A stretch of DNA of 63,274 bases, the filler included, from Collodictyon triciliatum (lineage: Eukaryota), in the NCBI GenBank assembly GCA_043381765.1. It is 11 parts of 11 records of this genome, joined end to end, with 100 filler letters (N's around TTAATTAATTAA, not from the genome) between each part and the next. Parts side by side here need not be neighbours in the genome. Positions count along the whole stretch, not along the records: positions 36,562 to 42,803 come from JBHJMP010004615.1; positions 42,904 to 49,127 come from JBHJMP010004616.1; positions 49,228 to 55,469 come from JBHJMP010004618.1; 8 more parts are not named here. One strand, 5' to 3'. Below, in pieces: positions 37,230-52,300 of the stretch. The position numbers and the translations under genes are program-made. The notes beneath the pieces were generated by a model. It did no database searches. It saw only the letters and a list, made by a program, of their open reading frames with translations, and was not told the origin of the DNA. Position 1 is the stretch's first letter. Each line of letters begins with the position of its first letter.

Positions 37230-39329
37230 AATATCGTTGCATTTTTCGACGGTGCGAAACTCCCATCCTTTTGGAAAGCAACTTGTTGAAGGATGAAAAT
37301 GCTGTTTCCTTCTCTCGACTTGATGATACAACATCCAAATCGAAATCTAAAAATGAGAAAAGCAAACAAACTTATTTTCATGAAGATTGATTTTAATAAT
37401 ACGTGTCCATTAGATAAAAAAACAGCGTATCAGATTATCGATTGTTCGTTAGTCTATGGTAAGGCAAGCTTTGGCGGGATAGATAACAAATGCAATCAGA
37501 ACTTCGCGGCAAACCTTAAAAATGAAAAGGAGAGTGCTTTTTAAAGGGATATCACAGTCAACCACCAAATGAATATACTAACCGAAAAAGAAGAGATGCA
37601 CTATATAATAATATCACAAGAACCAAAAAATAGAACCTTGGAAAAACAAGTTTGAATGAAACTTAAAAAAATCAGAGATTCATTCAACTATCAATGATAT
37701 TGACAGCTATTTTCTCCAAAAATTTTGCAATCGAATGGCACGGAATCTCCAATATGTTTAGTGTAGAAACAGGGAAGCGGCTTTGATTGACGCCGTTTGT
37801 AAACAAAACTCTCGAGGAGGAAGGGATCTTTTTACAGGACAAAAGCAACCAAAGTTGAAAGAAACTAGTCAGATTACTCAACCATGTTTTTTGTTTTTTT
37901 TTTACTTTAAAGACATGCCATCTTTTGAAAAATATACAAGTATTCCAACAATTTACTAGCATCATGAATAACAAGAAAAATATCAATTTTTCAAAAGATT
38001 ACAATTGAATTTAAATATATAACATTTACATATTTAATACACGCATCGTAAATACTCCAGAAAAGTGGAGCTTAAAACTGATTGAAATAGCAAGTCTCAA
38101 AGGATATCCAAAGGAATTAAATGAATACAATTATATTCAACTACTTAAAAAGAAGAAAAAATAACATCAAAATTCCCAAAAAAAAAATTAGGCAAGAACC
38201 AAGGCCATAAAGTTCTATCATGCTTAATTAGCGAATAGGAACTAAAAACGTGTCCACAGCCTGAAAAGAAAGCCAATTCAAGACCACTTGAGAAAATGAG
38301 ATTTTTGGAGAAAAGAATTAATTGTGCAAATTATATCCGCTTGAATAGCCAACTCTTTCAATGTCGGCTGATAAGATTGAGCGTGGTGAATGCAAATTCA
38401 AATTTTACAAAAGTCTTCCTAAATCTACTCTAAATCATCTTTCACAATGGGATTTTATATCTTAAAAAGTAAGACCGTACCATAGACATTGGCGCAATTC
38501 ATATTTATAAAGAGAGGAGAAAAGAAAGTCTCTGACATAGTCAAAATCCTTTATCTGAAGGGTACTTCACTGACCTGACTAGTCGATGTATGAAGCGGTC
38601 GAGTTATAAAGTATATACCTAATTCTAGAGTTTATTGAGAAATTCATAGCCAGAATATTTCGAGAGTGGTGGTGGAAGGGGTTCTTGTATCAAAAAATTT
38701 TCTTCTCAATTGAAGAGTACTAATATTTATCTTTTTTTTTTAAAAAAAAAAATTATCGGTACTTTAAATTAGTTTCGAGATGAATCTTGTCTTTTTTCTC
38801 TATCTTTTTGTTGAAAAAATTTGGCTCCAAAGACGAGGCATTAAAATCAGTCCGCTGACCATAAGAGTAGCTTTATTTATCTTGCTGCTACAATAAATAC
38901 TTTTGCTGTGGATTCCTTGAGGGATGCACTAAAGACGCTCTTGGAATTTGGTGGCAAGCGAGGAGAAAGGATTACATTAGTTTGTAGAATTGGTTCCTCT
39001 ATGCATCGGCAGTCCATCGCTCATACCCCGATCTCAGGGAACCGACCCGACTGGAGTCCGAACTGAGTTTTTTTTAAAAAAAAAAGTAGTTAAAAAAATA
39101 GATTCCATGCATATTTTAGACCCTTTGATAGAAAACATTCTGGGGCATACACATTTTCGACGGATGGGATATATGATCTGTCACTGCTGGGCAAAGGCTT
39201 ATAATCGGACTGGGATGAAATCCTGTGATAAAAAATTGAAATGTTTAAAATGTCATTTATCTTTGTATTGTTCTCTCATTTCTTGGCTATGTAAAGACTC
39301 AATAAAGATTAACCCTTTCGCTCGAATAT

Positions 39330-42300
39330 CGAAAATGTCAAAACCTGTCGCTATTTGCGATGATTTTACGTATCCGCATGCAGTGTCTTTGAAAAAACCT
39401 AGCCCAAAGCTTGATGGTTTGTGGAGTGGTCATGAACGTCATGAATAAAAACACTCCCTATAAGAAGTAAATATAGATATAAATTTTACTACCATTGAAA
39501 GTGTTTTCTGAATGGTGATAGTTGCTTTTTGCTTGGCTTAGAAAGCAATTGATGCGAGTATGTATTTAGACGAATCCAGAACATCTGCAGATTTTCATCT
39601 GCCGTTACAGAAACAAAAAATTGATGAGAAAACCTGAGAGTAAACGATAGCAACAGATGCTATGGCGATATCAAAAGACATCACAGCCTTAAATTTGCAG
39701 TTGAATGACCCAAATCCAAATAAACATGCAGCATAGCTCTCCAGTTCTTTTTCGTTGTCATCCTTATTTTATTTTTTGGTTATTAGTAGATGAATTCGAA
39801 GTATTGTCAAAAAGAAAGTTAAAATTTAAAATATCTTTGTCTCAGATTTATGGTGTTACATATTCCTTGCAAACGTCAGCTTACTTCAAGACTCCTCTCG
39901 TAAAAATAAAAATGGATGACAGTTATAACCACAAGGAAATAGTAGAGCACAAACACTACGCTTCTCCACTATATATTTTTTGTTTGCTTGTTTTTTTTTT
40001 TTGTACAAGGTGTGCCAATGATTATTACTACATAAATGATTCTAATCAATCTCCAAAACGAATACAAATTCACCTGACTTTTTTTAAACACTGATGCACG
40101 GCTATTTTGTGATAAGTTTCGACTTAGCTAAAATTAATTTTTTTTAAAAGAAGGTTAAAAGATGAAGTAAAAATGAAGTAAAAAATGGTAAGATTATTTG
40201 TAAGAATAGTAAGAATAGTAAGAATAAAAATCAGAGTGTAAAGGAAAAACATATACTCTGTAAGTAGAAAAAAGTATGTGGAGCGTTAACAGTCCACCAG
40301 CAGCTCCGCATGCAATCAACCATCCAAACAGGAATAGGTCTTGGTCTTGAGACTCACTTAATCCACATCTGTTGCATTTATTGTCCCCATTATACATGGT
40401 AAAAGCAAAAAGCATGTGACTTTGTAACATGTACGTACATATCGAACCCAGATCTGTCATATCGATACATATTCGACGATGCAGAAACCAGTACGAGTAT
40501 AAATGGTAACCCCCATGAAAAAACATGGAAATATATTTGGTGCGAGTTTCTACTGGGTGTAAACAAAAGTATATTTAAATAAAAATATATTCTAAGTATA
40601 AAGCCTAACATAAAAGCAATGTCATATTATTTTTCATAAATAAATATATGGGTAAATATACAAAATCACAAATAAGTATATGCTCAGAATGTCAAATATG
40701 AACTCGTGATTATAATAATCAAAAAACCAAGCATAGATGGAAATAAAAATGTATATATATCACGTTACAGTTGAAACTACTTTAAATTGAATAATCAAAT
40801 CAAGGATATGCGGGCGATAATTCATAAAGGATGTAAAAGCGACTAAAATCAACCCGATAAGAATAGAAGAATAAAAGAGGATACAGAGGGGAGGTAAGAC
40901 CATAGGAGATGCATATTTGGCTCTCGGATTAGATGAAAAAAAATCATAGAATAATGGACATACCCGTTGGATGTGCGGAGAACTGTGTAGTAGATATTAA
41001 TAACCAGACAAAGCCACCAAAAGCACAAAGAAAGCGAGAAATAATGGACCAAAACGGCTGAAGTATATGAAAAGCCGTGTAAACATATCACGTGGTTAAT
41101 AAAAATCTGGATTCATAAAATTAATGCGATAGAACACAGAACATTAATGATAGACCAATATTTATATACCCTGTAATCCACAAAGAGGCTTTTCTATACC
41201 ATCTAAAGACATTAATCTTAGTGTCATATTTTGGCATATTCATTGAAATTAAATTACATGTCCAGCCAACAATTGATTGCACATCAAAAAGGTTGATTTT
41301 CCTTATGTAAAGTATTGCTATTAAAACATTTCTCTTCATTAAAACCAATGTTTCTTTTACGATAATTCACTACCATGGTCTGTTTCATTCGTGCAATGAA
41401 TGTTTTCAACAGGAAATGCGTTTAGAAGTTGCCCAAGAGCAAGTCCAGCTGAACTAATTGCAAGATATATAATCTGCATGCGATTTTAAAAAAAAATTAA
41501 TTTCTTTGGACTCATGAAGGCGAAACTAAAAATTTTTTAAAAGCACTATTACAGGAAGAGTTTTTCTAGAAACCGAGGAATGAAAGTGCCTTAGGAAAAA
41601 GCAAACATTTACGGGTAGTATTATTGACGATACTAAAACGGAAAATTACCATCGAGGAAGGATATTTTCTCTTTTCTGGGAAAATTAGCCATGTTAGAAG
41701 AACAGATAGAGAGCAGACCAGGGATATCGAAGAGAAAAGAATATAAAAAAGCACGAGCAAGTCCTCCTAGGAAAACGTTTTAATCAACCCGTCAAAGATT
41801 CAACAATTCAATAATAGCATGTCATTGATTTGTTAAAATATATTGTTAAGCAGTATTTAAAGTATATTGAAAATAGGCGGTATTGTCTAGCCAATATTCA
41901 AGCATTCCTTGATAATTCTATCAATCATTCACAAATATTATACGAAACTCACAATATTGGTGTAAGGAAAATAGATTCAAAAAAAGAAAAGAAAAGAAAA
42001 GCAAAAATAGATTCAAAGAAAGCTCATGAACCTGCCATTTTTCATAATATTGGAAGAAGCAAAGCAACTCGCACTGATTGGTTTTGTATGAACGCCCAAA
42101 CATTTTTTCGTTTGGGCAAGGAGGATATGCTAAAAATTCAATTCAAATTTTTTAGTACTGTTTCCCTATTAAAACGCTTTGCAAAAAAACAAAGAATAAT
42201 TTTTTTTCATGATCAAATCTTTTTTTTTTTTTGGAACACACTGTCAATATTCATTTGACTGAAAAATAAGAGACCAAAATGAACAGAAAACTGGAATAAA

Positions 42301-42467
42301 AATTTATGAAGTGCGAACCCATGTATAGGCTGTTCACATGAGTACAGTTTGGAAGAGGACCATCCTTGCCAACGATGGGTGTTGCGGTATTTTGGGGACA
42401 TTCAAACGGAAATCCAAAATAATCAAATATATCCCCGCAAATGTTCTCCACGCGTTGACAATCCTCA
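39330..42467 (-). CDS. Frizzled/Smoothened-like GPCR (Fsl type), 5' truncated, C-terminal tail uncertain
   Basis: CRD end EDCQRVENICGDIFDYFGFPFECP, TM1 LSVLLTWLIFPEKRKYPS, HYFSLSLCFWWLCLVINIY, YFHVFSWGLPFILV, and TM7 GVFLFMTFMTTPQTIKLW (KTxxxW-like). Confidence 0.85.
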
Positions 42468-44038
42468 CTTTACATATGTTTCAGAAATAAGTAGAAAAAA
42501 GAGTCAAATGTTATGCTATTTTAAATTTCTTTTCCGTCGAGAAGCGACGAGATTTTCGTAATACATCATAATGGCTTGTGTGAATATTCCCTTATTTTTT
42601 TATTTTACCAGCATGAAAGTTGTTTTATTTTATTTTATTTTGTTTTGTTTTTGTTTTTGTTTTTTGTTTTTTGTTTTTTGTTTTTTGTTTTTTGTATTTT
42701 GTTTTTTGTATTTTGTTTTTTGTATTTTGTTTTTTGTATTTTGTTTTTTGTATTTTGTTTTTTGTATTTTGTTTTTTGTATTTTGTTTTTTGTATTTTGT
42801 TTTNNNNNNNNNNNNNNNNNNNNNNNNNNNNNNNNNNNNNNNNNNNNTTAATTAATTAANNNNNNNNNNNNNNNNNNNNNNNNNNNNNNNNNNNNNNNNN
42901 NNNTTTTTATTATTTTTTTTTTTTTTTGTTGACATGAGAAATGGGCTGTCTGGGTCATGTTTGCTGTGGTGATGGTATTCTAAGTGTGGAGTGTGGATAT
43001 GTGAGTTTTTTTTTTCTTGTTATGCTCTTTTCTTCTATTTGCTCTTGGCCCAAAGGCTCTCTTTTGTCTTCCTGTCTTTGTGTCTCGATAGATCCAATAT
43101 CTCGGGAATCATACCATAATTGGATTTTATTTATATATGATTTACTCACACATGTTTACAATTATAAAGCAATTTTTTAATCACAATCCAAGAAAATATA
43201 AATTTATTTATTAGTGATTCTTATCATATTTAATATCTTTGTTCCTAATGTGGTCAATTTAAAATAATAGAAAAGGAAAGCATTTTTTTGTTTTGAAAAC
43301 CAAAAATAATATGTCAAAGCCGATACCAAAGATGATGCGTTGCCTACCATCAACGCGTCCCAACCTTCATCGAAGTAGAAGCAGCCGCCAAAACGCTCAT
43401 TTACATCTTACCCACACGCTCATTTTGTAGAAACAAAGCGCCTTCGCTTCCGTGTGCGCGATAACCGAGACAATCGAAAGAAAAACAATACGACCCGCAC
43501 ATTCCGCCAGAACAACTTTCACTGACATGCGCGGTTGTTCAGTCTGACTCGTTTCGCACGTTTGTTGTGGGTTGTGTGGGAACACTTTCGCCGCTTGAAT
43601 CAGTTCCGCAACCCAAGTCTGTCGCGAAATCCTCTTTCGATGCTCCGGGATACTCCCATTCTTCTCAGCGCCTGCAAAATCTCCTCCCAGATCATCTTTC
43701 TTTGATAGTTCTTTTTACCTTTCCTTTAATGTTGTACTCCCATACGAATATCTATATAATCATCAAAGAATCAATGATCCGAGCTTTCAGTCAGAAAATC
43801 GGCTGCCTGTTAAGGGTGCCGTATTGTTTCCCTCTATGATGCAAAATACCCTGCGAGTCCGAGAATCACGGCACAAGCACACGATCTCTAATGAAAGGGG
43901 ACCGTTTTTCAGTTGTTGGAGTCCTGTTATATATACACATGCCTTTGTCTGCCCTGTCTTCTTGCTACTGTATCTCAATCCTTTTTGAAACTTATGCTTG
44001 TATTCAGCATTTCCTCTATCCTAACCACCAGACGAAGC

Positions 44039-44143
44039 AAAACAAAACAAAACAAAACAAAACAAAACAAAACAAAACAAAACAAAACAAAACAAAACAA
44101 AACAAAACAAAACAAAACAAAACAAAACAAAACAAAACAAAAC
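44039..44143. repeat. (AAAAC)n microsatellite
   Basis: Read directly. Confidence 0.95.
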
Positions 44144-44296
44144 ACGTAAAAAGCATTTTTTTTCCTTGTCCGAAACAACCGATCACATTGACGCAAACAC
44201 CAGACTCGATCAAGAATCGTGTATACACAGACACCAGACAAACCCACTTGCAATGATACCTCCCTTTTTGACTCCAGGACGTGACCGCGCCATAGA

Positions 44297-47200
44297 ATGT
44301 CTGTGGAGCCGTTCAACTCGCCCGCAACTCCAGTGGAAGCATTCAGCATAGTACCCAATCCGCAAGCGAACGGACTCAGCCCGAAAAGCAGCCGGAACCA
44401 AAGCATAAGTCGCGATCAGAGCAACGTCCCAAAGCCCCTCAATGGCCTGCATCTTTATACATCTGAAAACTTCAGTCCCAACGACCGGTCCATTCAGGTG
44501 AGTTCGAGCCTCTCAAACCCAACAAGTCCGTCCGGTGGTCTGCCAGCGTCATCCCGCCGTTCAATCCCTGAACTTTCTGCAAGCACTCTTCCTGAGAGAC
44601 TCAGGAAGGTTGCCGGCCGATTCTCGATTCAGATGTCCACACGGTCTTGGATCCCAAGCAGCTCGTCAAGACCCGACATGCAGGGATCAGACGGCGATGC
44701 CAGCAAGGTATTAGACATATGCCTCTCATTTTTATTGGCATAGTTCATCTATTTTTTTTTATTAAGGTGCGTGTGTGGTGTGTGTATGTATGTATGTATG
44801 TATGTATGTATGTATGTATGTATGTATGTATGTATGTATGTATGTATGTATGTATGTATGTATGTATGTATGTATGTATGAGGGTCTGTGATTTTCTTAA
44901 CATGGAGCTCATATAATATGGCTGAATTCCTTTTTAGCTATTGGATTTCAATGTTGCTCTATTTAATCTTTTGACTTTTCTATTAATTTCTTTGAATAAG
45001 GGTAGAATACGTTAAGCCACCTTCTAATTGACAAAAGTTACAACCTTGCTACAACCTTTTCTTCCCCTCCTTTGAATCAATTACACGAACTTTTGAAGCA
45101 ACTAAGGCGATATTTTTTGAATCCATTTGGTTTCTTTAGATACTCAAGTTTTCATAAAAGTATATATATTTAAAAAAAAATACGTAAAATCAAATAGTCT
45201 GGCCTGGCAAACACACGCACGGATATATCACTTTCGGATTCTGTTTCCATGAGTCGAATGCGTAACGAATTCGAGGACCAACCGTTATTGGAAAGGGAGT
45301 TTTGGGAAGAATACTATCATGAGCATCGTTTCTGGATAATATTAGGGATTCGGTTGTCAGTTTTGCTATCTGCTGTCTATTATGGGCTCTTTTACTATGC
45401 ATACAATGAAAAGATGAGTGGTACCGTTTTCAAGGAATCTTCTAGCTACGTTACATATGCTGTTGGGTTCATTTCACCAACTGTTGCCACAAGCTCTCTA
45501 TCCTTCTGTAAGAAGCTTTCTACAAAGACTTTGATTTATCTGTTTAACATTACGATAGCATCCATGATAACCGGGTTTATCATCTTGGATGGCCTCTCAA
45601 CAAAGAGTATGGACGATGTAGATGTGAGTGCATATTAAATTTTAGAATTTTGCCGTCATTAGACGTTTTATCATGTTAGGAGTAACTTCTAATTTCCGTA
45701 TTCACTTGATTCTTGGCGATTTACATTTTCGTCTCTATAATCGTAGAATCTCATACGTCAAGTGTTGGAGAGTCATGCAGATATTGAAAAGAGCAGTATG
45801 TTTTTATAACTAAATAGAACAAGCTACATGTTTAAATAAGTCCGTCCAAAAAAATATTCATAAAGCAATTAACACCAAAATCGATTTCTACCACTCTCTT
45901 ATTGTGGCATTTATTGCCTAGGTTCTACGTTGTCTTATCTATATAAAGGAAGAGACAGCTACACTACTTGCATGTTGTTCATTTACTTATTTTACGGAAT
46001 CTGCCATCCAATATTTGGTCTGCCGTATCTTCATGTGGCAATGCATGGGTTCATTATTTCCATTCTCAATATGATTATTCAGACTTCAGTGAGGATATCG
46101 CCCACATCGGGTCGAGCTGTCTCATTTATCGGACTGGTAGCCATCCTCTGTCTTTGTGTCGTATATGTGGCGAGGCTCTCTGAACGCGCATCAAGAAGGA
46201 CTTTTCTGTATGAGAGAGATTTAAATAGGAAAAATGACAGACTGAAAGGGAAGATAGAGAGACTCACTACACTAAGAAAAAAGACATTCGACTTGGATTC
46301 TCCTATTGAAAAGGCGCTGGAAATCATGGCTCGGTGGCGAGGAAATCAAGGTATTACTGAGTCTTACTTGTTTTATTATATATTTGAGTGTATTATTTAT
46401 ATCATTTAGCTTTCCCTCAAATATTTAAGTACCTTTATTCCGTTGATGCATATTGTGAGTCTTAAATATGTATTGCACTGTCCGCTACTAAATATATGAA
46501 AAAACACGGGGAAACACCATGAAATGGTATTTTTAAATTTATTTATTTTTCTATATTACTTATCTTCCCAATCTCATTGCAGCCCTTTACCAGTCCCATG
46601 GAACTGATATTGAAGTAATGACCACAATTTTAACGAACCCGAATATTTTCAATCCTGATTTTAAAAAGCAAATGAAAGAGTCAAAACAAGGTATCACTTA
46701 TTGTCTAAAATCCTTCTGAAGATTCTAATCGTAGATATATTATCTTGTTGTTCCTTTTGATACTAACATCTACATCACTACATGCTTTATATTATTTATT
46801 CACGTATATGCTCATGAATTTTAACTAGTTGCAATTTACTTTACTCTATTCGACAATATCAGAGATGGATAAGGAGGTCAAAAACTGGATTATGTACGAG
46901 TTTGCTAAGGCAAATGTCCCTCAATCAGCCATGAGGACTGTGTCATTTTCGTCTCTAGCAGAAACTCCAAAATTATCCTTGAGCTATCTGGCGACTTCTG
47001 GGACGTACGATTTCCACAAAACTATCGCATTAATGTGTTGTCGATCAATCCAGTCACGAAAGCATATATTAATTTCAGATGAAAATAGCTCATTGTTATC
47101 ATCTCTACTTGCACAGCCTGTTTATTTTATTTTATTTTATTTTATTTTGTTCGGTTTGTTAGTCCCATCGTTAAATTTCACAAACACAGACTCTCACATT

Positions 47201-47416
47201 CCTCCCTCAATCAGATCACACGAAAAAATAGAATCTATCATCAACAAAGTTGAATGGAATGCAGAGATATTAACTTTGAACGAAGACACTAACGGTGTGT
47301 CTTTTCTCTCATAAATTTTTCTTTTTTTTTCCTAGGCTGTCAAATGATGAACAAGATTATGTTCATAGCCATTAATATTTATTATTATTATTAGTATTAT
47401 TAGTATTATTAGTATT

Positions 47417-47500
<84 letters not shown>

Positions 47501-49082
47501 GTTGTTGTTGTTGTTGTTGTTGGCATAATTACCAACAAATTACAACTCACAGCTTCCACTAAATTACTCATGATTTTGTAGATAAGTTTTTAAGAAGCTC
47601 TGAACTCATCTGCAATTCATTAAGATATCCCTTTCTTTTGGTATTCTCTTTGTTTTTGTATTCTTTACTTCATAGGGCGTTCGCTGTCTTTTGTCCTGGG
47701 TTACTTGCTGAAGAGACACAATCTTATTACGATATTCAAAATATCTGAGTCCAAATTGAATAATTTCTTAAGGGAACTCGACCAAGGATACTTCAATAAC
47801 CCATTCCACAGCCAACTTCACGTTGCAGATGTGACTATGAATATGAACTATCTTATGCATCGTCCGAAAATTGTCGAGTATGTACACAATATTCTTTCGC
47901 TGCTTTTCCGATATTCTTTGATAAATTTGTAGAACTCCCACTACTTACATTTTCCATCGTATTCTAATTGAAGTTTGCATTAAGAATTGCAACCAAAATC
48001 TATTTTCCTTGAAGCCTGATACGCTTTTTTCTTCCCAAAATACAATATAATAAGAAAAGAATAATACATGGAACTGTGCTTTTCTCCTACTGATACATAT
48101 ATACTTCATATCAAAGGTCTCTGACTGACCTTGACAAACTTGCTTGTCTTCTGGCAGCAGCTTCACACGATTTCCGTCACCCTGGGTACGACAATAAGCT
48201 ACATGTGGCATTGGAAAAACCTGAAGCGATTATTTACAACGACCACTCGGTATTTTCAACATAATCTTGAGGCACATAAAAAAAATCCATTCTTGAGCGA
48301 GCCTAAAATAAATAAATAAATCGCATCTAAAGATAAATCTACACAATACACTCACGGCACACTTTGTTATGTCTGCCGTACAAAATACATAGGTTCTGGA
48401 GAATTTTCACATATCACAGGTTTTTCAGCTTATGAACGACCCAAGTAAAGATTGCAACATCCTCTCTGGGCTTAGCAAAACAGAGTATGAGTGCAGCCGT
48501 GAATATATAACTGCCAATATATAGTATTCTACTCAAAAATTAGATGCTATTCCATATGATATCCCATAACAACATGTCACCTGATTTGTTTTTCTCATGA
48601 TAGGCGAAAGGAATTACGTCAAACTATGATTGAAATGGTTTTGGCAACAGATATGTCTGAACACTTCTCTTACTTGAGTCAGTTCAAGTCTCTTCTGCAA
48701 TCTGGTAAGCGTAGACACTGGCGTTAACATCAGAGTATTTATGCTAAACCAATTTCATGAGGTACATTACGTATTATACTTTATCATCCATACGACAGAT
48801 TTTGACCTTAGCAAGCGTGATGTGAAGCTTTCTCTGTTTCGTGTGATTATAAAATGTGCTGACATCGGACACACGACAAAACTTCTACATCTGCACCGAT
48901 ATTGGACCCTCAAAGTAGCCCAGGAATTCTTCAACCAAGTAATATCTTAGATGATATAGGATGCTTCAATTATGGCTTGTTCTCAAATCTAAACATACAG
49001 GGAGACAGGGAAAGAGAAAACGGTATACAAATATCGCCTTTCATGGACCGAGCTACCCCGAATACACCGAATTCCCAGCTAG
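44297..49082 (+). CDS. Membrane-anchored class I cyclic nucleotide phosphodiesterase, 3' truncated
   Basis: About 6 hydrophobic helices and a coiled coil precede PDEase_I motifs NNPFHSQLHVADV, HDFRHPG, YNDHSVLENFH, VLATDMSEH, IKCADIGH and EFFNQGDRERENGIQISPFMDR. Confidence 0.93.
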
Positions 49083-49227
49083 GTCAGTTCAAAAAAAAAA
49101 ACTTAAAATAAGACAAAGAACTAAAAANNNNNNNNNNNNNNNNNNNNNNNNNNNNNNNNNNNNNNNNNNNNTTAATTAATTAANNNNNNNNNNNNNNNNN
49201 NNNNNNNNNNNNNNNNNNNNNNNNNNN

Positions 49228-49263
<36 letters not shown>

Positions 49264-49316
49264 AAAAAAAAAGTTAAAGAGTAGGAGAGGATCGGGAGCA
49301 CCACCACCACTTCCTT

Positions 49317-52300
49317 ATGAGAACCGCAAATAAGGCCCTCCACTCCAAGGCACATCCCAAGTACCGAACTGACTCTTTGAGCTTCCCATCATCAAAGATC
49401 GAGGAAAAGATGAAGCAGGCCGCCCCTTTTGGAGCTGCACCTGTCGCCTCACCACGTGTAAAGGCCTCCGCCAAAGCAGATGCAGAGCCTCGCAGAGGTA
49501 ACGAAGTCCTCGCCCAGCCTGTATTCTCTCCACGAGACACCACACAACCACGCCCAATGCCGATTCGCAGAGGAATGACGCCTGAACGATCAACTGCTCC
49601 GTACTCGCAGTCAGTCAGCTCGCAGCAGACCCTCTCAAGCTCCCTTCCAACAGCCGCCGTACTGCAGACCCTTTCTTCTCACGCAAACAGACGACCCCAA
49701 TCACTCGATGTGAATCATGTCCAATCGCCTCGATTGGCGAGCCAAATCTCCCTACCATCGCCAAACAGTCACCAGACAGCCTACATACTCAGTGAAGGCG
49801 ATCCCAATCCGCTGTCTCATCAGAGTACTCAACCTCCAAACTTGAATCCGATGCAATCACCACGATATACAAATCACTTTCTACTTCCATCCCCAACTCA
49901 GAGACATACATCATTTGCCGAGGCATTGTCCATAGTTTCTCCTCAGCACCCACAAGCCAATCCACCATCAACCATTTTGCACTATGCACAATCACCTAAG
50001 CTTACATCCTATTTACCCATGGGACAAGGATATAATATTCCGTCAACTGGCATGGATGCATCTACCTCCTCAAAAGCTCGTGCAATTCCAACATCAAACC
50101 AAAATGGATTCACAAATTACAAGGAGCCTAATGTAGGAGTGAACATGAAAAAGAAAGAGTTTGAAGATAACTCTCAAAATGTACCAACTATATCTGGGAT
50201 GAAACAACCTTCATGGATGGAATATGCTAAGAGTAAAGAAACAAAAATTCCTTTTGATTACGATCAATCCAGCACTTTCCCAGGTACACCTCGTATTGAT
50301 TCGCGTCCCATTATGTCCCCAAGAAATGTAAAGAACACACCTCGCTCAAATCCAATACTTGGAGCACATGTGCAAAATACTCAGCAAATCGACATCCGTG
50401 AATATCCTACGAATCAAATAGTGCAGATAAATCCACCATCTTCCATGGGAATTCATATGCAGTATACGCATGATTCTAATACCATATCAAGGCTGCCTAG
50501 TGATACTTTCCAAATGAATAGACAAAGAACCCAATCTGATCTTTTTCGACTGCCTATTCAATTACTGGACCAACCGACAGTGGTACCAAAGCCTAAAGTT
50601 AGCTTGAACACTGCACCTGAACTGAGGCCTTCTCAGCCACCTCTCAAATCACAACAAAAGCCTCATGATGAAATGATATCTAAAGACACAAGAAGAGAAC
50701 ATAAAAGTCAGCTGGAACAACAAGGACCCCCTATTTATGAGTCTTCCACAGGTATGTTATTCAGAAAGAATCATCATAGAAAAGAATCAAGCACGTATAA
50801 TCCAGGAGCAACTGTTTGTGATTCTAGCGTAGACCTAGTTGACCAATTGAGTTCAACAATATATGTTTCATCCAGGCTAAGAAACTCTGAAGCTATCCAG
50901 GGTAAAAAACCAGAAGGAATACCTTGTGTGGATGCGTTCCAAAAAGATTTAGTTCTCTCTTCCAAAAGAATCGAAACGAAAGAAAAAACTAGTACCTCTT
51001 TCCTGAACCAAGAAAGCAGCCCCTACCCGTCTCTTGTTGGTCGGGGTATAGACGAGAGTATCCAATCAATATGCTCTCCAATAACTGACATCCCACAAGA
51101 TTTATCGTTCAATTACTCCCATTCAAGTGAAGACGAAGTGCAAGAGTATGTTCCGACACACTCAATAACCCCCGCCCCTCTTGGTCTACACGAACCTCAA
51201 AAGAAATCTGATGAACAAAATCACCGCATGCTACTCCAAAAAAAATATACTACTGCTCCATATGTATCGATTCTGCACCACCCAAACCAAATTCTAAAGG
51301 CACCTATGCCATCAGATGACAGGGAGCAAATGGGAAGACACTCCCAAAAAGAAAGCCAGCACAGCTCCATTCAATCAAAACAGAAAGATGTACCTGCACC
51401 CACTATTTCGACATCACATCCTTCCTCATCGTTGGCTTTTTCACCACTACTCGGAGTCCAAACAAAAAATGCAGAACATTTACCCAAGATGAGAACAAGC
51501 TCTCCCCATTATGGATTGGAAGAAGCGATGTTTGAGTTAAGAAAACAGATGAATTTAATATCCAGACCTCAGGAACGGCACGCTAGCTCAGATTTAATTG
51601 AGCACAATTTTGAAAAACTGGATGCTTCTGTTACTGAAAACAAAGTTCATCACTTGGACAATAAAACTGCATTTAACAGTGGTCAGGAAAGCTTGGAAAG
51701 TCATCCCATTCAAAGGTACAACTTTATTTTTTAGCAATATATTATTATTGTTATTATTATGATATTATATTTATTTATCTATCTATCTATCTATCTATCT
51801 ATAATTATATTGTGCCTAACAAAAGAAGATAATTACATTACATAGTAAAATTGGACTCAAGACAGAAAATACGGCTGCAATAAGTTGTGAATCGGAAAGT
51901 ATAGCAGAAAATAAAAGCCCATCTTATGTAGAGGAGGCAGATTCTATTTTGCAAAAATACACAGATATCGAACATACTGAGAAGAAGAAGAAAGGAAAAC
52001 CAAAAGAGAAAACTACCAGTAACACCAACGAGGACAAGCAATTAAAGAAGGAAAAAAAGGAGCTACGACGCTTAGAAAAGTACAAGAAGGAAAGGGAAGA
52101 ATTAATCAAGGCTTCCACCAAGATACAATTAGACAGGGAATCGATAATGCCCCAACAAAATTCTACCCGTTCAAGCTCTAAGGCGTCTTCCGAAACCACA
52201 AATATGAACGAAAGTGATACCACAACGTTGAGTCGAACTGCATCAGGTCTTGGACATTCGTCCAGTTCCTCCGTATCAGCTCACGATGTAAATTCTCAGG

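Noticed and set aside
42904-43585. Signal-peptide-like ORF (MSVKVVLAEC...) as the missing 5' end of the Frizzled-like gene
   Set aside because: It lies on a different contig across the 42804 spacer, and evidence that it is coding is too weak.
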